The notes beneath the pieces are model-generated. The model ran no database searches. It saw only the letters and a list, made by a program, of their open reading frames with translations, and was not told where the DNA came from. A stretch of DNA of 55,013 nucleotides, filler included, from Sphacelaria rigidula (Eukaryota): the NCBI GenBank assembly GCA_964200075.2. It is 5 parts of 5 records of this genome, joined end to end, with 100 filler letters (N's around TTAATTAATTAA, not from the genome) between each part and the next. Parts side by side here need not be neighbours in the genome. Positions count along the whole stretch, not along the records: positions 33,070 to 43,991 come from CAXNAA020005673.1; positions 44,092 to 55,013 come from CAXNAA020005674.1; 3 more parts are not named here. One strand, 5' to 3'. Position 1 is the stretch's first letter. The number at the start of each line of letters is the position of its first letter. Below, piece by piece: positions 34,215 through 47,400 of the stretch. Both the position numbers and the translations under genes were made by a program.

Positions 34215-37200
34215 TCTTCCCGCCGAGGGACACCGATGTCTCATCGACGCGTATTCGCTGAGCTCGAAACGATGGACGCTCGTCATGCCTAGCATGGATA
34301 TGAGCCTTAAGGACCTGTTGGCCGGGAGGGACAGCAAGCTAGGCCAGCTCTCTGACCAGCAAATGATCAAGTGCGTGGCGTGATACAGATACTTTGCTGT
34401 AGCCGGTGTTGGCTCTGTTCAAAAACATATTTTGTCGCAGTACTGACTCAGGAGTGTATCGAAATGGATGGTGAGTAGTCGACAATTTGTGTTGCCATTC
34501 TTGTCTGCGCCGAGACGAAGACGAGCGTGCTGCCGGTGTGTACTACTCATGCTATGTTTTGAACGCGAGCGCACGACGAAAAAAAGACAGACATGCCGAG
34601 AGACACGAACAATGTATCCTCAGCGAGATTCTTGTACTTATAGTGCGTCTGTTTGTAAACGTTGAGTAATTTCAAGATTTCGCTCGTGCTCGTAGCTGCA
34701 CGTGTATGCTTTTCTTCACGCGCCAAGGAGAGTTTTTGACGTCGCTCCATAGTGGAAGAAAAATGAAGTACCGTCGCTAAGCCCAACTTCGCCCCTCCCG
34801 CGTTGTACTACTGTTGCTACTGCATATCTACTCGGTAGGCTGGGGCAAGACTGCGCGCTCGGACTTGGGTTCTTGCACTCGCACGAGCTGGTTCACTGCG
34901 ATGTGAAGCCCGACAACATGATGGTTAACTTCCTGCCGTCCGGGGAAGTGCACTTGAAGCTGGTGGACCTGGGCCACGCTGGACGTGAGTGTACGTACTC
35001 GCCCAATCACTGTGCTGTAGAGCGAGTGCACAGGAGGCTTGCTTGTTCTTGATGGGTAAAAATAGACGTAAGCTAGGCTGGAATTATGTCATCGTCAGCC
35101 GGAGTACCATGGTATTCTGAAGGAAGTCCCCCAGCTCTCTACGGTTGTCGTGTTTCCCCTGGCGCTGGTAAATATAATCGTCTCCCCTCTTACGAGGATC
35201 TAGCGACAACTTGTCGTTGTGCTCGCCCCACCGAAGCGTATGAGGACGTAATTTACAGAGAGAACGTGCCTGCCTTGCCTTGCCCCGTCATGGATGCAAA
35301 AAGCGAATCCACCGATACCGGTATTTGCGCTTGCAAATGCACCGCCCTCCCCTCCCCCTCGTTTCCAAATGAGAACACACGAAGAACCCCAACGACGGCA
35401 CCCGTATGCTTGGATCTCGGCGTGGCTCGTTGGTGAGTGTGGTTCGTTGTTGCGTCACTCATTCTCTTTCCCTCTTTGGCTGAAAACCGCACCGCGCGCA
35501 GCGTCGGGCACACGCAACACGGGAACCACGTTGGACACAAGCTGTCCGGAGGTGCTACACCTATGGGCCCAAGACGGCGTGCAGCGCGAACGTCCGCGGA
35601 GGTGTGCGTCCCAAGACGTGTACAGCGCCGGGCTCGTCGTGCAGATGCTCCTCTCCCGGACCGACGTGCCCATGACCGACCCAACAGTGAGTGAGGCGGG
35701 CTTGGTATAGGCGTATGACCACATGCATCTAGATGAGCGCCCGTCGTACGAGTAGTAGCCGGGGGTAGAGAAGGAAGGAATCGACCTCGACCACGGCAGC
35801 AGTGAGTGGGCAACATTTGAATGACCCTTCCCTGTTGATGGAGAAACGTACTTTCATCACAATCATGCAGGCAGGAATCAGCGCACCGCTGGGCAAGGTC
35901 TCCGTGCCACCATCTGCGATGCATATTGATTAGAGCTGCGTATTGGTACCGATACATTGTAGTCGTGACGACATTTCGATAGCAGAAATGAGCGACACCA
36001 ATATACCAATGTATGGCCATTAGTGCTGCCATCATTATCTAACCGAATGTACACATGCTATGGTAATTTTTCAGTGCAGTATACATGTTGCTTTCCCATC
36101 ATTATAATCTCTGGTTTATCCGTCGTTTGTAGTTTGTAGTATGGTTCACGTAAGACACTGTTCTCTCTTTCTTTCTCCATATTTCTCTCTGTGTATGTCT
36201 TCTTTCCTGCCGGCGTATTCTAGAGCCGTTTGTTGCCTCGCTTCCGTGAGGTTCATGTTCGCGGATGAGAGGTTTCTTACCCAGTAAAGTGAGGTCGTAG
36301 CGAATGAGCCGCAATCTTTGCCCACGGCCTTTTGTTTCCTACAAGTGTGTATGAGTGTGGTTCCTGCGCCAGACCTCTCCACTGAAGTCATGTGACAGAG
36401 GTCGGCCACTAATTTACATTCCTCTTCTTTTTTTATTATTATTATTTTTTTTGGTGGTCTGCCCTATTTGCCCGCTGTACCTTTTCCGCTTTTTCTTCTC
36501 TTTCCTTCAACAAGTGTCTCGGTTTTATTTTGTCTCGGAGGTACGTCTCCCATGTGACCGCGACTGGATCCTCGGGGGAAGGCTTCAAGTGCGATAATCA
36601 ATCGATACAATCAGTCAATACAATCAACCAGTCAGTCAGTCAAAGCAATCAGGATGTTTCATTGTGTGCCTTTTGCCATCATTTTCGAAAAACCGAGCTC
36701 AAAAGTGAAACAAAGATAGTTGCGACGGCGACGTTAAGCTACGTCGGTAGCCGCGGGGGTTTTGTTGCTGCTGCTGCTGCCGCTGCTGCTGCTATTGTTG
36801 GAGGGGGAGGAAAAACTGCAACGGTTTGGTCCGAAATTACCGCGACATGGCAAAGTTTACCCATGTTGGGTAGCCCCCCGCCGTGTTGCGTGCCTTCTTC
36901 CTTAGTCGCGGCGTCGTGCAAGTCTCAGCGAAAGGTGTTTATGGCCACTCACAGCAGTACTGATGTGTGTGTGTGAGTGTGTGCGTGTGTGTATATAGGG
37001 GAAGGGGGGATGTTTCACTCAAGAGCAAGACAAAATGTACGATATTTCCTTGAATGTCGTTTTGATGCGTCGAGTTTATTGGTGAGAGAAAGCGTCTTCT
37101 GCACCCTGTTTTGGAATCAAGAGGTCGAGCATTGAATGAAAAGGCCATCAAAATCACCTCCCCGATCCGTTTTTTTCTCAATATCGTCGTCTTTTTTTTA

Positions 37201-40200
37201 TATTCAGAAGAAAAACAAGCGCCTGTCGGGTGAATACCAAGATCCGTCCAAATGCGATGTCAGCTTTTTTTACTGGATTGTATGTACACGCCTCAGAGAA
37301 AAGCGAACAAGATTTTGAGACTTTGTACAAAAGGAGGCGAGGAACAAGAAAATGACCGCTTCCCACAGATGCCTTCGCTTGAAGACAGGGCCCTTGACGG
37401 TTTTTCCGAAATTCGCCACAATGGCCCCCTTTTGTTCCGAGAGAAGTGTACCTTTATGGTGTGTGACAGAATAGGAAATTGTCTTCCACGGACCGTGTGG
37501 AGTAGGAAAGCTGCTTGTGTATGTGCACAGCGGCCACAGCGTACCTCTCAGCAGACCAGTAGAGCAGATGCTAGGAGGAGCGACCCGAGCCTGAGCGTTG
37601 TCGTCCAACACCGGCAGTTTGGACAGCGAGTCCGATTATTCTGCTGTCGTGGTGAGCGCTCCCTCCAACTAGACGGCTAACGCTGCGACTAGTCCCCCGA
37701 ATTGGACGCTCAACCCTCGGGCAGCTGCAGCCGCACGCAGAATCGGATCCGTCCGCCGAAGCATTTCTTTCACAACGCACCATTCCTCCTTCTAATACAT
37801 GACTTTGCCGACGCCTGCACCTCATGCACGTGAAGTGCTGCTTCTTTGGGTGATCAATAATGGGCTCGATTGAGAGGATTGAAGCCAAAACGTGTGCTAT
37901 CCCCTGTCTCTAGCGGCACCTCTGGCGGCGCCCCCGTATCAGCCGCGGGGGGGGGGCGTACTCATTTGTTGCTTTCCTTAGTCGTTTTACCATTGACCAC
38001 GCATCCCTTTCGAGATCGAGCACCATTCCTACTCCTAATAAAGCAGAGACACCTCCAACATTCCGGCGCTCATTACGTATCTTCCATACATTACACAAAA
38101 CCTTTTACATATCTATCCCCGTCCTGAGTCATGCTACTACAGGGGGGGGTGTTCGATTCCGCGAAAAAATAGGCCTCTAGGTGCTTCAGATGATTTAACA
38201 CTCGCGGCGCGCTTGTATTTGGGTAAAAGCGGTGTCAATCAGTCTGAATGATCGTTATACATCGGAAGGAAGCGCGTTCGAACAACCGTTGTTGCCATCA
38301 ACGACGATAGCAAGTAGAATTTCGTGGAGGAAAACGGCCCAAAATCCCCCCCCCCCCCGCCCATCGTAGCATGACTCCTGTTTCGCCGTCTGTGGCCACC
38401 ATCTATCTCCTAGTACAGCCATCGTTTTCTACCTACTGTCTAATGCATCAAACGATTCCATGCCATCTTTGCTTACGTCCCGCATTTCCCCCTTTAGCAC
38501 GCCCCATTCCTCCTCGTCTAGTTCACATTTTGCCAATATAATGCTTCTGCTTTCTACTGCTTTTGCCACCGAGGCAATTCCGTCCATCTACTTCCTCCCC
38601 CTTTCGACGACTGGTCTATCTCTTTCTCTTTTCTGGCAGGTCCAGGTCCCCCACCCCAAATCGCACTTTCATATTTTTGCGGCGTCCATTGGGCCATGTA
38701 GATATGCCTTCATCCCTGTCCCCTCTCTCAACCCTCCCGTACATGTCCAGGTGTTCTTCCTCGTCTACTTTTAGTCTGAGCGTTCCTTTCTCCCCTTATT
38801 TCTATCGTATGTATCTCTTACTTTTGTCTTGTACCCCGCGCCTTCATACATGGACAATGTTTCGTCTTGGTTTCCTCCTGTCTCCTTACACACTTCCTCG
38901 ACTTCTATATCCCACCTCATTCCAGCGTTCCCTTTCGTACTTTTCTCCCATACAGCCTTATCAACTATAGTTGGTAGTCTCTTGCTCTGCATGTTCTTCA
39001 CGCTATATTACCATCGCAATTTTCTCCTGTGCCTGTTCGTTTCAAGAGGGTACATTCCCAACTCTGCTCTCAATGCTGTATTACCCATCGTTTTCGAGCA
39101 TCCCAGTATTTTCTTAGCTGCTGCCATCTGTTCTGTGTCCAACTTTCCCACCAATAATCACACTCATCAGGATACCTCTCTTATCCTTAGTGTCTAGATG
39201 CGGGTCTCTGAGGATCACGTCCAACCTGCTCATCTGTGCCTCACCCTTTTCTATTGCTCTTGTTTATGTGTGCATCCGAAGAACAATTTCTTGAGATCTC
39301 CACGCCATGGGAAGTATACTGAAACTCGGACCCATACATGGTTTTAATGTCTGTAGCGTGAGCTACTGCACGGAGTCCGTGCTGCGGCACGGTGATGCGT
39401 GCGACTGGCATCTGCTTGGTGTACTGAACGAGTGCTTTTGCGTTTAAACTTTGCTTCCCATGTGCAGACATCCAAGGTATGTTTGTGCGTCGTAACAACG
39501 AGAGGTGGCCGCAGAGTTGATGAGCGGTAGGTATAGGATCATGCAATCATCGAATCATCGAACGCGAGTAACACCACTCTCTTTTGTGGCGCTCTATCCC
39601 TCGTCCATCATACAGATCAACCTCTAACCCTTGTCGTACACCCTCAGGTTCTCGAGAGCCACGACGTCGCGCCATCCGCTGCGAAGGCCGACCTTCTCGC
39701 CATGCAGGGTCGGCGGAACGAGTTGCTGAGGGATTGCCTGGCCAACCCGGCCGATCGAGATGTGCTCGACAACTACAGGGCCCACCAAGAGTGGGTTCGT
39801 AATGCGTTGGTGAGTGTCACGAGTGTATAGCGCCGTATGACAACAGGGGCGCTGCGGCCTTCCTTCTTGCTCCCGTTTCGACCTGCATTGGTGTAGGTCC
39901 GCCACGATATTCGTGTGTATTTATTCCGTACGTTGGTGCTGCTCATTGGAATATGTGTTATTGTCCTGTACCCCAAAGGAAATTGTGTCGTTTCATATAC
40001 TGTAGTCAATGTTTGCATACAACGTCTGCTTTTCGTTTTTTGTCCGACAAGGGTGCCCGAAGAGTCGAATTTCGGACACCCAGCCTCTCTCCCGTCCCCC
40101 GCGAGAGGAAATGTCAACTTTTGGGCACTCAGAACTTGAAAACGTTCCAAGAATGGCACCGGTCGATCTCCCTATTGACGCATGCGCCTCTCGTGTCTCT

Positions 40201-42165
40201 TCGCGTACAGTAGTACCGACGCGTCTCGCTTCCGTGGCGTGACACCAGCTATCCTGAGCAAAGAGTTCCCCCATGGATTGGAACTTCTTACGCCTCACCC
40301 CTTACAGGAAAAGGGTTAACTACAAGTGTATAGAAGCGAACCAGAGTTCAAATCACAGTCTGGTGAGGTAGGAGATACCTAGTATCCCCCTCCCCTGGGG
40401 GGACAGCATCATGTTTTGTCGGACGAAAATGCGTGAAAACGAGCAGTACGTGGAGGATCGAGCGTGGCGTGATGAGGGGTCTTCGGATCGGCGACGAATC
40501 GTACAGTGCGCATCGTGCAGATCAATGAATCGCATCGGATCGAGAATCGCATGCATTGTCAGGGGCAGCCTTTTGTTCGCGCCGTGCACCTGCGGAGCTC
40601 GTGGGTTAAAGTTCATGAACAGTTGTTGTGGTGCCCCGACAGCTGCTTCGTCAGAGACACGGCAGGCAGTCATTCTCCTGATGCTGTTGACGAGACTACT
40701 TGGTCAGCCAGTCGCCTTGTTTTCCAATGGTGCAGCTCCCGGCGATGAAATAGCACGCTCAGACATCCCCGTCTCCATGAGCCAGAGGCTTTGAGGCGGG
40801 GCGGGGGGGGAGGGTGGTATCCAGCTATGTATGCTGGAGAATACTTTTCTACACATAGGGGGGAAGGGGGAAAATACTCGATGGATTTCACCCCCCCTAA
40901 AACCACGCGCACACACGCACGCACACACCAAGTTTCAATTTTCTCTTGGTTTCAATTTTTGACACCCTCAATTCCGGTCATATTCCGTCCAAAACGGATC
41001 TTGATGGTATCCGCAGACTGAGTGGCGGTTCTAGCTCGATCAATTTTGGTGAAGTGAAGAGCGTTTCTTGTTGTTTACTCTACGTGCCTGCTTGCTTCCG
41101 GTGTAGTTGGACGTTTCGGAGAGGAGGCAAGTTGAATCGTAGACTTGCTTGCACTCAGCAAGCGTATGTAATGCCCGCTGCTGCCCATGTGCAACGTCCG
41201 CTATTCGAAATTTGATCCATTTGATCATTTTCTCATCCGAAGTGTGACGTTTTGTCAAACGGGCGACCCCAGACCCTAACGGCAGGCATGGAAGTCAAGA
41301 CGAAGGACGCTGACGATTTCATCTTGGCGAGGCACGTGTGGACGGCTCGGGAGGACTTCGAGCACCCTGATGAGGTGCGCATGAACGCCGTTGCTATTTG
41401 TATGGTAGTGGTATCTGTATGTCCATTTTGCAAATGGAGATTGGCTGTAATTCTCGGCCGCGTTCCATAGGTCAATCAACATTCTTCGCATTCAATGAAC
41501 TTGTTCAGCGGAATCATCGGCGTGGAGGCTAAACAATGTGTTGTGTGTGTTGTCGTCCGGTTTGTTGTGGACGCCGGTCTACACCTTTCCGTATATGTGG
41601 GCGCACCAGCTGGGGTCACACAGGAGGAATGCCAACACAGGAGTTTTTTTGTTGTTGTTGTTTTAGTGGCCCACCTTCCTTCTGCGTTGCTTGCCTTTTT
41701 TTTTCATCGCGAGAGGGGTTTAGCAGTCCCTTTCCCCCGTCGACCGTTCGGTCGAATTTTATGTACCCGCGACATCGTCGCTCTCCACTGTTGAGCGTTG
41801 TATGAGAAAAAATCCCAGATGGCTCCGAGATGCGAACCCACGACCCAACCGTCAGAACGTTTCGAGGTTACCAACTGAGCCACCGGGGCGACCAGCTACA
41901 CCGTACTGATTAATGTATCATGAGCTTTGTACTCCGTACGTCCTCTTGACGGAGACGTTGTTGTTGTCTTGATTCCTGTGGCCACCGCGTCTGGTGATGT
42001 CATGATGTTATCATGTATGGTATAAAGTGCGACACTCAATCAATCAATCATGGTAGGCGGGGTCAAGGATGGCGTTGTTAGTGAGTCGGTGCGTAGCGTG
42101 GTGAGATGTGTCTCCACGTCCAGGTGCTGCAGTACATGTCTCGACACCAACTGGGTTGATAAGGA

Positions 42166-42226
<61 letters not shown>

Positions 42227-42666
42227 CAACCTATCTTGGTGGTAGGTAGGCAGCAGCTCCGTGCCTCTTACCCCGCGTGGGTACCTGGTCTTGTCACAAC
42301 TACTATAACGACCTCTTACTCCCCGTTCCCCCCGCCGTCCGATCCCTTTGACCCTCGTGTCCCTATCGCAACATGACAACACTGACTACACACAAACGCG
42401 AGTAGATCGCCGTTATGCTGCGGATAGCGCTACACCGAGATCCGGAGCGGCGCATGACGGCACGTCAGCTGGCGGTCATGCTGTCGCCCACCGACAGCCT
42501 ATTCGACAGGAAGGGGCCGGGAGCGCGCCCCCTAGGCCAGGAGGCTCTGGCAGGGATCAAGGGTCTCGGCGAAGACTTGCGGTGGGACCCCGCCATTCCG
42601 CCGTGGATAGCCGAAGCGGGCAGGTGGTGGGAGCGCACTCCGCCCAGACCGATCGCACAGCAATGA
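34215..42666 (+). CDS. Divergent Ser/Thr-type protein kinase, spliced, 5'-partial; exons 34215-34370, 34839-34984, 35502-35686, 39648-39809, 41273-41374, 42406-42666
   Basis: All junctions are GT-AG and phase-compatible (2,1,0,0,0). Motifs: WTLVMPSMDMSLKDLL (hinge), LGFLHSHELVHCDVKPDNMMV (catalytic loop), LKLVDLG (DFG-like), SCPE (APE-like), DVYSAGLVV (subdomain IX), DPERRMTA (subdomain XI). Stop TGA at 42664-42666. Confidence 0.8.
34839..34984 (+). CDS. Kinase exon carrying the catalytic loop HCDVKPDN and DLG
   Basis: TAG acceptor, LGQDCALGLGFLHSHELVHCDVKPDNMMVNFLPSGEVHLKLVDLGHAG, GTGAGT donor at 34985. Confidence 0.88.
35502..35686 (+). CDS. Kinase exon, activation segment to subdomain IX
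   Basis: CAG acceptor, SGTRNTGTTLDTSCPEVLHLW...QDVYSAGLVVQMLLS, GTGAGT donor at 35687. Confidence 0.8.
38430..39195 (-). mobile_element. 5'-truncated LINE, post-RT C-terminal region, inside a kinase intron
   Basis: Minus strand reads AAKKILGCSKTMGNTALRAELGMYPLETNRHRRKLRW*YSVKNMQSKRLPTIV, typical of the region after non-LTR RT domains. Confidence 0.65.
41537..41893 (-). mobile_element. tRNA-derived SINE, full-length copy
   Basis: Reverse complement of 3632-3995, including the A/B-box head and a (CA)-rich tail. Confidence 0.8.
42168..42223. repeat. (CA)n microsatellite
   Basis: Seen directly; a shorter (CA)n lies at 23592-23620. Confidence 0.9.
42406..42666 (+). CDS. Kinase terminal exon (subdomain XI plus C-terminal tail)
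   Basis: TAG acceptor, IAVMLRIALHRDPERRMTARQLAVML...PIAQQ then stop. Confidence 0.75.
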   Translation: MAVMLRIALHRDPERRMTARQLAVMLSPTDSLFDRKGPGARPLGQEALAGIKGLGEDLRWDPAIPPWIAEAGRWWERTPPRPIAQQ

Positions 42667-43688
42667 TGCGGCGCAGCGACGGCGGTGGTTGGGTTTGCAT
42701 ATCGTGGTCTGATTCGCTTGGTGAACAGTACCGTACGGTGCTGCGTTGCCCGAGGGCGGAGGTCATCGATCGGTCGGCGGTTAGGGCGGGTAGGGTGGGG
42801 TTATGGTGTAGGGGAAAGATGGGACTACTGTGCCTTGATGTGCCGATCAACGTCACCAGACGTGATTCATTGTCTTGATATGAGATCATACCGCGAATAT
42901 GTCGATGCCTGGCGTGTGTATTATATTGCAATTGAAGCTGGTGGCGGAGACAATCGTGTGAAGTAGTCATGCAGAATATGATAGTTTCGGGATTTGGAAG
43001 GTAAGCTGCATTTTTGTGAATTCACGGTCGTGGAATGACCACTTGTAGAAGGCTGGCAATGAAGAACTCAGCGAACAAACACATGGGGCGCGAGGTGGCA
43101 GAATAATGATGATTCGGGCCGTTCTTCGGTAAATGCACACCGTGGTTGTGTTTCGTGCCGGAAGATTTTTGTACCCGGTACAACAGCAAAACTAGAGAAG
43201 CACGGCAACGGGGCACATGGAATGGACGATAAAACTCATGCTGTTGGTTCAGGGTTCGATCAAAGGGCAGTAGTCGTGTTTCTTCGTCCGTGGGGTACCA
43301 AGTATGATGGGATAGCATCTCAACAGTCGAGCACACAGGGTACGAGGAGGCATGAAAAAGGGCCTCAGGAAAACGAGATGTTTGGAACATTCGTTGGCAA
43401 CTATACGCCCCGGACAAAACAATATGGTGTTCGACGTTAAGAAGGTATTCAGCAAACTAGGTCCCGTTTGCAGTGCACGGAACACTCGCCGCGACACGTG
43501 GGCTACGTGAATACGTACATGCGTGGATTTAGGAAGATTCAGACGGTGTGTAGCGTTTTGCCACCGCGTAGCCTTTCGCCACCAGGTACGAGCGGGTGTG
43601 ATTGACAGTCTCTTGTGAGCACGCAAGCAAAAAAGGTATCCAAGTTAAAAAATATATATATATTTCGTGCAGTTCGCTAAGTATTGGA

Positions 43689-43991
43689 GTGTTGTCGTCC
43701 CATCTATTCTGGACGCCGGTCTACACATTTCGGTATATGTGGGCGCATCAGCCGGGGTCACACAGGAAGAAGGTCAACACAGGAGCTTTTTCTTATTTAT
43801 TTGTTTTTTAGTACCCCACCTGCCGTCTGCGGTGCTTGTCCTTTTTTTTTTGTATCGCGAGAGGGGTTCAGCAGTCCCTTTGCCTCGTCGACCGTTAGGT
43901 CGATTTTTGTGTACCCACAACATTGCCGCTCTCCACTGTTGGGCATGGTGTGAGAAAAAATCCCAGATCGCTCCGAGAATTGAAGCCACGA
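43689..43991 (-). mobile_element. tRNA-derived SINE copy truncated by an assembly gap
   Basis: Colinear with 41545-41842. Confidence 0.75.
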
Positions 43992-44436
43992 NNNNNNNNN
44001 NNNNNNNNNNNNNNNNNNNNNNNNNNNNNNNNNNNTTAATTAATTAANNNNNNNNNNNNNNNNNNNNNNNNNNNNNNNNNNNNNNNNNNNNCAAAAAAAG
44101 GCAAAAGAAAAAAAAGACTAGGTGACCGGGGGGCCCCCCCCCCACCAAAAAAACTCCCCCCCAAATTAACCCCCCCCCCCCCCCCCCCCCCTGGTAAACT
44201 GTACTTTCTGTCGGCCAGAAATGTAAGAAAACTCAACATACGAAAAAACACAACTTGTTATGCTGGTGTTTACACCCGAAATAAGACTTCGAGCCTCAAC
44301 CCTAAATTGGCGTTTTTTCCTATCTCCGGGCCGCAACTGTATAGTACGTATATTTATTGTACTCTCTGAAGTAGAGACTCGCTCCCGAGCCATTTGCTGT
44401 AACTTATCGATCGCCGTCTGTCCTCTCCCTCCAAAG

Positions 44437-47400
44437 GGATATGAGAGAGTACCAGCAGCATACACGGGGTCTGTGCGTGGTATATGGAATGAAAAACGAA
44501 TATTCTCTGGCCTAGCTCGAATGATGTCGGAGATTCAAGAAGTCAGAATCTGAAAATCGTGCGGGGCTATTACGCATGCCCTACGCCGCATACATTCTTC
44601 ATATTTGAATAATCGAGATCACTGACTGGGTCATGGATAATGACGAAAAGCGACGCTAGCGCACACATCGTGTCGATATGTCATAAACCTCTCTACATCG
44701 GCCCGTCATTTTGGTGCACTCGCTCGCTGCGCTGCCCGCAGATCGGTGTACGACATCGAGAAACATGCAGACGCATATAATGGGGGAGGTGAGTGCTATT
44801 TAAAGAATTGTTGTGTGTGTACTAGATCGTGGAATGGACCATGCGTGTGCACACGTGTGCGTGTACGGGGTGTGTTTGTGTGTGTTGCCCGATTCCTTGG
44901 CGCAGGCACACGATATATGGTGTATATATTTCATTAGAGAGCACCCAAGTAATATTATAACTCGGGAAAGTGTAGAAGAGAGGGGAGGAGTCGACGAGTG
45001 ATCCGAGGTGGAGCTGTCTGCGCTGTCTGCACTGCCTGGCTACTGTACTGTACCACATTTGCACACTCTTGACCGTCAGTACTCGTACGTCACCCCGATC
45101 CCGTGTTCTGCGTGAATACACGGTATGGCCGGGTGTATCTGAGTCACTCGAACATGTTCCTGATTAGTGGCTGTATATTTCGAATAAAGCTTGTAAAGCA
45201 ACGAGCTTCCTCTACGGGTGGACGGAAAAGACGACCATCGAGCTATTTTCCCAAGGTACGACGACGGGGGTCGCCCCGGTGGCTCAGTTGGTAACCTTGG
45301 AACCTTCTGACGGTCGGGCCGTGGGTTCGGATCCCGGATCGATCTGGGTTTTTTTCTCACACAATGCCAAACTGTGGAAAGCGACTATGTCATTGGTATA
45401 TACAAAAACTCGACTTGATGGTCGACGAGGGCATCGGACTGCTGAACCCCTTTCGCGATAACAAAAATAAAAGGCAAGCACCGCAGAATTAAGGAGGAAA
45501 ACAAAAAACCAAATAGAAAACAAAAAGCTCCCGTGTTGACCTTCCTCCTGTGTGTCCCGACTGGTGCGCCCACATACACCAAAAGGTGTAGACCGGCGTC
45601 AAGAAAAGAAGGGACGAAAACACACACAACACACGACAAACGTGTTCCTCGTGCCGGTTTAGTCTTGTGCAATCTTGATTCTACGATGATGGGAGACCTT
45701 ATTTTTTGTGGGTGCACTGACGCCCGAATGATCTGGCTAACGACTACGCGAAGTCCTGTGATTTAGTGCGTGGTCTCGTAGTCAATCAAACCTCTAACGC
45801 ATGCACCCTGCTGTTTTAGCACATTATTCGTGATCAACTGACATGGTCAATACACGTGCGTTTCGCCTTTGCTGGCGATTGGGTTATGTAGGCCCTGACG
45901 TTGTGAAGGACAGGACGATCGAGAGAATGGATTCTGACCTGCTAGACACCTTAGGCGGAGGGAACGCCTGGTATCTTGCGGTTGCGTATGACCTGGGCAG
46001 TGTCAGTCCCAATGGCAACTACCTCGAGACCGATGCCATGGGGGTGGGCCACGGAATTTGCGGTGACACCCCGCAGGTGAGTGTACTTCCCCCCGTCTCG
46101 AGGGGAGGGGGGGGCAGTGCGGCATCAGCAGGTGTTGTCTGTGCGAATATTCAACAGCGCCAATGTTGAGCGGAGTTCCCACTCCCACTCGTGCCGATGA
46201 AGAATCAGATTGTATAAATGCACATTATTGGTTTGATGTCTCGACTCTCGACATATCAAGTAGGCAGTTCGGTTCTCATACACTGTACATCGTAATCATC
46301 TTGGCGAATCCATGCGATGTCCCTCGAAAGACGCAGCACCATTTCGCTCCATGCCGTTGTCGACAGGAGCTTTTACTGACGAAGGTCGTCCTGCTTCCCC
46401 CCCCCCCTCCCCCCACCCCACCCCCTTCCTTCCCTCCACTTTTTTGTTGTGAACCCCATCTTCGGCAAATAGAGTGGTGACGACAATCCGATCGTATACA
46501 GCACCCCCAACAGTGAGTGGCCAATTCTAACGGAGTACACGGCAGGCTCGATCATCGACATCAAGGTCGTCTTCACGAACTACCACTGGGTGCGTTATGG
46601 TTCTCTGAAATAATTTGAAATAAACACAGTGCACATGCACTTTGTCGTCATCGCGGCTCTCTCACACCTCGTGTATCTTGTTTTCATGCCACTCCTTCAG
46701 AAAATTAGCACCAGATATATGTAGTAGAATCCAGTAGCAATGAGGCCGCGCCCGCGAAACACAAGTTTCTCTCTTTTGTGTCAAATACGAGCTCTCCATC
46801 TTGCTCGCGAGCATGCCGCACACAAGTGTATCACAACCCTACACTCTACCTGCAGTATAAATGATTGAACTCAAATATCACCGCACTTGCCCTTCCGTCC
46901 CGTTTTCACAGGGCCACATCGAGTTTTTCTTGTGCGACACTGGCGACATGGCGGACCCCAACGGAGTAGTGACCCAGGAGTGCTTCAATACGTATCCGCT
47001 GGATCGTGCTCTCGATGATTCCTTCAACAGTCCTGTCGACCTGGACTACCCCGGGCGGTACTACATCGATCCCCCGTGCCGCGGTGCGACTGGCGAGACA
47101 GACCAGGAGAGACCGGAAATGGACGGCGTTTTGAATGAGGGTTACATTAATCATATGCGGTACCAGCTACCCGACATCACCTGCGAGAGATGCGTCCTCC
47201 AGACGCGTTACCGTGAGTTTTTATCAGTGTCGTGTGTGATGACTGTGGTAGGCACTCTCTCTTTGATAATGAACACCAGGACGTGACGAACGTGCCGAAG
47301 TATCATCGTTCTTGTCATAGGTGCCCCCACGGTCCTGCTCCCCCGAGTGAAGGACTTCATCTCGGGCGCGACCACATTTTCAGATCTCTCCCCATTAGGG

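Noticed and set aside
35253-36035. 260-aa minus-strand ORF
   Set aside because: It is antisense to kinase exon 35502-35686 and has no motifs.
43519-43585. ATG followed by a GT donor as a candidate signal-peptide exon for the LPMO gene
   Set aside because: The translation is not hydrophobic, does not end in His, and its phase does not fit the 44437 acceptor.
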